The notes under the pieces were generated by a model, which did no database searches, was not told the origin of the DNA, and saw only the letters and a list, made by a program, of their open reading frames with translations. Both the position numbers and the translations under genes were made by a program. From positions 288,001-352,000 of the forward strand of contig OZ242365.1 of the NCBI GenBank assembly GCA_965208905.1: DNA of 64,000 bases, written 5' to 3'. The stretch comes from Nitrosopumilaceae archaeon (lineage in GTDB: Archaea; Thermoproteota; Nitrososphaeria; Nitrososphaerales; Nitrosopumilaceae). Shown piece by piece: positions 62,377-64,000 of the stretch. The first letter of the stretch is position 1; each line of letters begins with the position of its first letter.

Positions 62377-63021
62377 CTATATAGTGTTATTACTTGTGGT
62401 TACTCGGTTTACTTCGGCCGGTGTTGATGGTAGGCGGGCATTCACCGAATCCGATGCCACTGCGGCGGCTTCAGACATTATATTCTCAACATCCAAAGTC
62501 AACGAACTCGTATTAACATTGAACTCTATCTGGTTCTGAGTCTGTGACATGTAACTGCCCAACATCTCAGTCATCTCTGTTACCTCACCAGCAACACTTG
62601 GTAGAAATCCTCTCAGTGAAGACTTTAGATTCTTCATGAGTACAATTATGGGCTCTATGGTCACAGCCATATCTCCAATACCATCATACGCTACAAATCG
62701 GTGTTCTGTCTTCTCTATCATGATTCTCAGGCTCTGCATCATTCGTTTGGTTTCGCGTGCTTGTGCTAGTTCGTTGGCTAGTGTTTTGGCTTGATACATG
62801 TTTCCTGACTGTTTGGCTTTAGCTACATCCCTCAACATCTTTTGGTCGTGGTAATCCATCTTTGATATTATACCATCTAGTTTCGTCTTTTGAGATGCAA
62901 GTATGTGTGTACCTTCCCTTAGGCGTGGTTTGAGTGGTCCTTGATCATGTAATGAATCAGATATTTTGTCAGTTGTGCTAGGCTTATACGGCGGGTTCCA
63001 GCTATTCGTGAACTTTTCCAT
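62377..63021 (-). CDS. Second CdvB/Snf7 (ESCRT-III-like) paralog
   Basis: Collinear with 15634-16275 (F..SW..P.KP, GPLKPR, LKSSL..F.P, I..EA...LPS.P). Confidence 0.8.
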   Translation of the reverse strand: MEKFTNSWNPPYKPSTTDKISDSLHDQGPLKPRLREGTHILASQKTKLDGIISKMDYHDQKMLRDVAKAKQSGNMYQAKTLANELAQARETKRMMQSLRIMIEKTEHRFVAYDGIGDMAVTIEPIIVLMKNLKSSLRGFLPSVAGEVTEMTEMLGSYMSQTQNQIEFNVNTSSLTLDVENIMSEAAAVASDSVNARLPSTPAEVNRVTTSNNTI

Positions 63022-63120
63022 ATATGGCTATCATATATTGAGTACTTAGGGAGGTTTGTGAAATTTTTTTTACTCTTTGGTCAAACCTCAGTTATAAAGG
63101 CCAAAGATCACGCATCTATA

Positions 63121-63549
63121 ATGATGAGATACCTTTTATTTTCAGTACCAGTTATTGCAGTGGCCGTACTCTTGATATCTCTGGGAGTTAGTGGTGGCAA
63201 TGATGATGATACTCTATTTCATGTTACATTAGCAGGCTCTGCGCAGTACTCTGAAGGCGTATATACAGATGAGTTCACTCTGCCTTCAGGTGAACACATA
63301 TTACGATTTGTTCCCAACGGAGACAGTCCGCAATACTTGACCATAACTATAAGTGGTTCGGCTCTCTTGTTTGAGGAGCAGTTCAAGTTGAATGGAATCA
63401 TACATGACACTGGTATCTCTGAATATTACACATGGGAATATATCGGAGATAGTCAGGTAGTAATACCATCTGAGCAGCAAGTAAGAATAACCATAGACCC
63501 GCATGGCAATACAATGGGGCCGGTATCTGTAACTTTGATTAAGAATTAA
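63121..63549 (+). CDS. Secreted or membrane-anchored hypothetical protein
   Basis: N-terminal TM; FHVTLA, FVPNGDSP, YYTWEY motifs. Confidence 0.7.
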   Translation: MMRYLLFSVPVIAVAVLLISLGVSGGNDDDTLFHVTLAGSAQYSEGVYTDEFTLPSGEHILRFVPNGDSPQYLTITISGSALLFEEQFKLNGIIHDTGISEYYTWEYIGDSQVVIPSEQQVRITIDPHGNTMGPVSVTLIKN

Positions 63550-63551
63550 GG

Positions 63552-63632
63552 GCGCAACCCTGCGAAAGCCATGAGAGAGTCCTCTCAATGTCGGACGTAT
63601 CCGACGCACTACTACGCTTTGCAGGATTGCGC
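63552..63632. repeat. Structured GC-rich intergenic element (outer inverted repeat enclosing two hairpins)
   Basis: GCGCAACCCTGCGAAAGC...GCTTTGCAGGATTGCGC outer stem; TGAGAG-agtc-CTCTCA and GTCGGA-cgta-TCCGAC inner hairpins. Confidence 0.5.
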
Positions 63633-64000
63633 AGTTCTAGTCGATTGATATTACTATCATCGCCATCGTATTATACTATGAATATTAGTATTTAAGATTA
63701 GATATCAAATATAGTTTTTTAATTAGTTAAATATGTAAAAATCTCAAATTTTTGTATAAATTATTCAGAAATATAGCAAAACTACTCGAATTTCAAAAGA
63801 TTTAGTGCTGCTCTACACAGAATGCTCTACAGTATATGTAGATGCAACCTTGCAATATCATCAAATTTGTACAGTGTCTCGTCTTAGTACTAGACAGGGT
63901 AGTTTTATGTATACTGTATAATGAGTCCTGCCTTGACGGGTGATGTCAGCACAATATATCTTTAGGACCGTCACTGTTTCCCCATTTTGCCTTTATAGCA

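Noticed and set aside
15634-63021. Two CdvB/ESCRT-III paralogs as a novelty
   Set aside because: Multiple dispersed CdvB paralogs are an established feature of thaumarchaea.
63552-63632. Hammerhead ribozyme
   Set aside because: No CUGANGA core is correctly placed on either strand.
1-64000. CRISPR array, tRNA or rRNA genes; Cas12-type assignment of the tnpB genes
   Set aside because: No regularly spaced direct repeats, cloverleaf or T-loop signatures, or rRNA-like tracts were seen by eye, and there is no array or cas gene near either tnpB.

Overview
Archaeal DNA, most consistent with a Nitrosopumilales-type thaumarchaeon (Nitrososphaerota). This is inferred from the gene set: two CdvB/ESCRT-III paralogs, thermosome, TFB, GINS, RFC, AcnX pair, cobalamin genes and typical conserved hypotheticals. 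The many IS remnants and pseudogenes suggest a host-associated or eroding genome (inference). The backbone is housekeeping: rpl2, glyS, nfo, nth, purN, hemB, cbiT/L/F, sat/cysH/cysC/cysQ, queC, thrB, glnA, pstS, plus a 7S SRP RNA. The main observation is two full-length tnpB-like genes with intact RuvC D-E-D motifs that are not in canonical IS200/IS605 or IS607 contexts. Each is the only cargo of a transposase-less element with 24-25 bp terminal inverted repeats (TIRs) and an exact 8-bp target-site duplication (TSD): 41442-43057 (GGTTCC ends, IS6-like) and 51644-53109 (GGGAATTAT ends, IS1595-like). Deleted or degenerate derivatives of both families occur elsewhere (53419-53790, 59579-59700, 33904-34014), along with an IS6-derived MITE (59829-59999). 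Also present: two IS481 copies (one with a 16-bp TSD), IS3 and IS5 remnants, a glutamate racemase homolog with both catalytic Cys replaced by Ser, and a His-tailed chaperonin remnant beside a nickel permease. All calls come from reading the sequence and motifs; no database searches were run.
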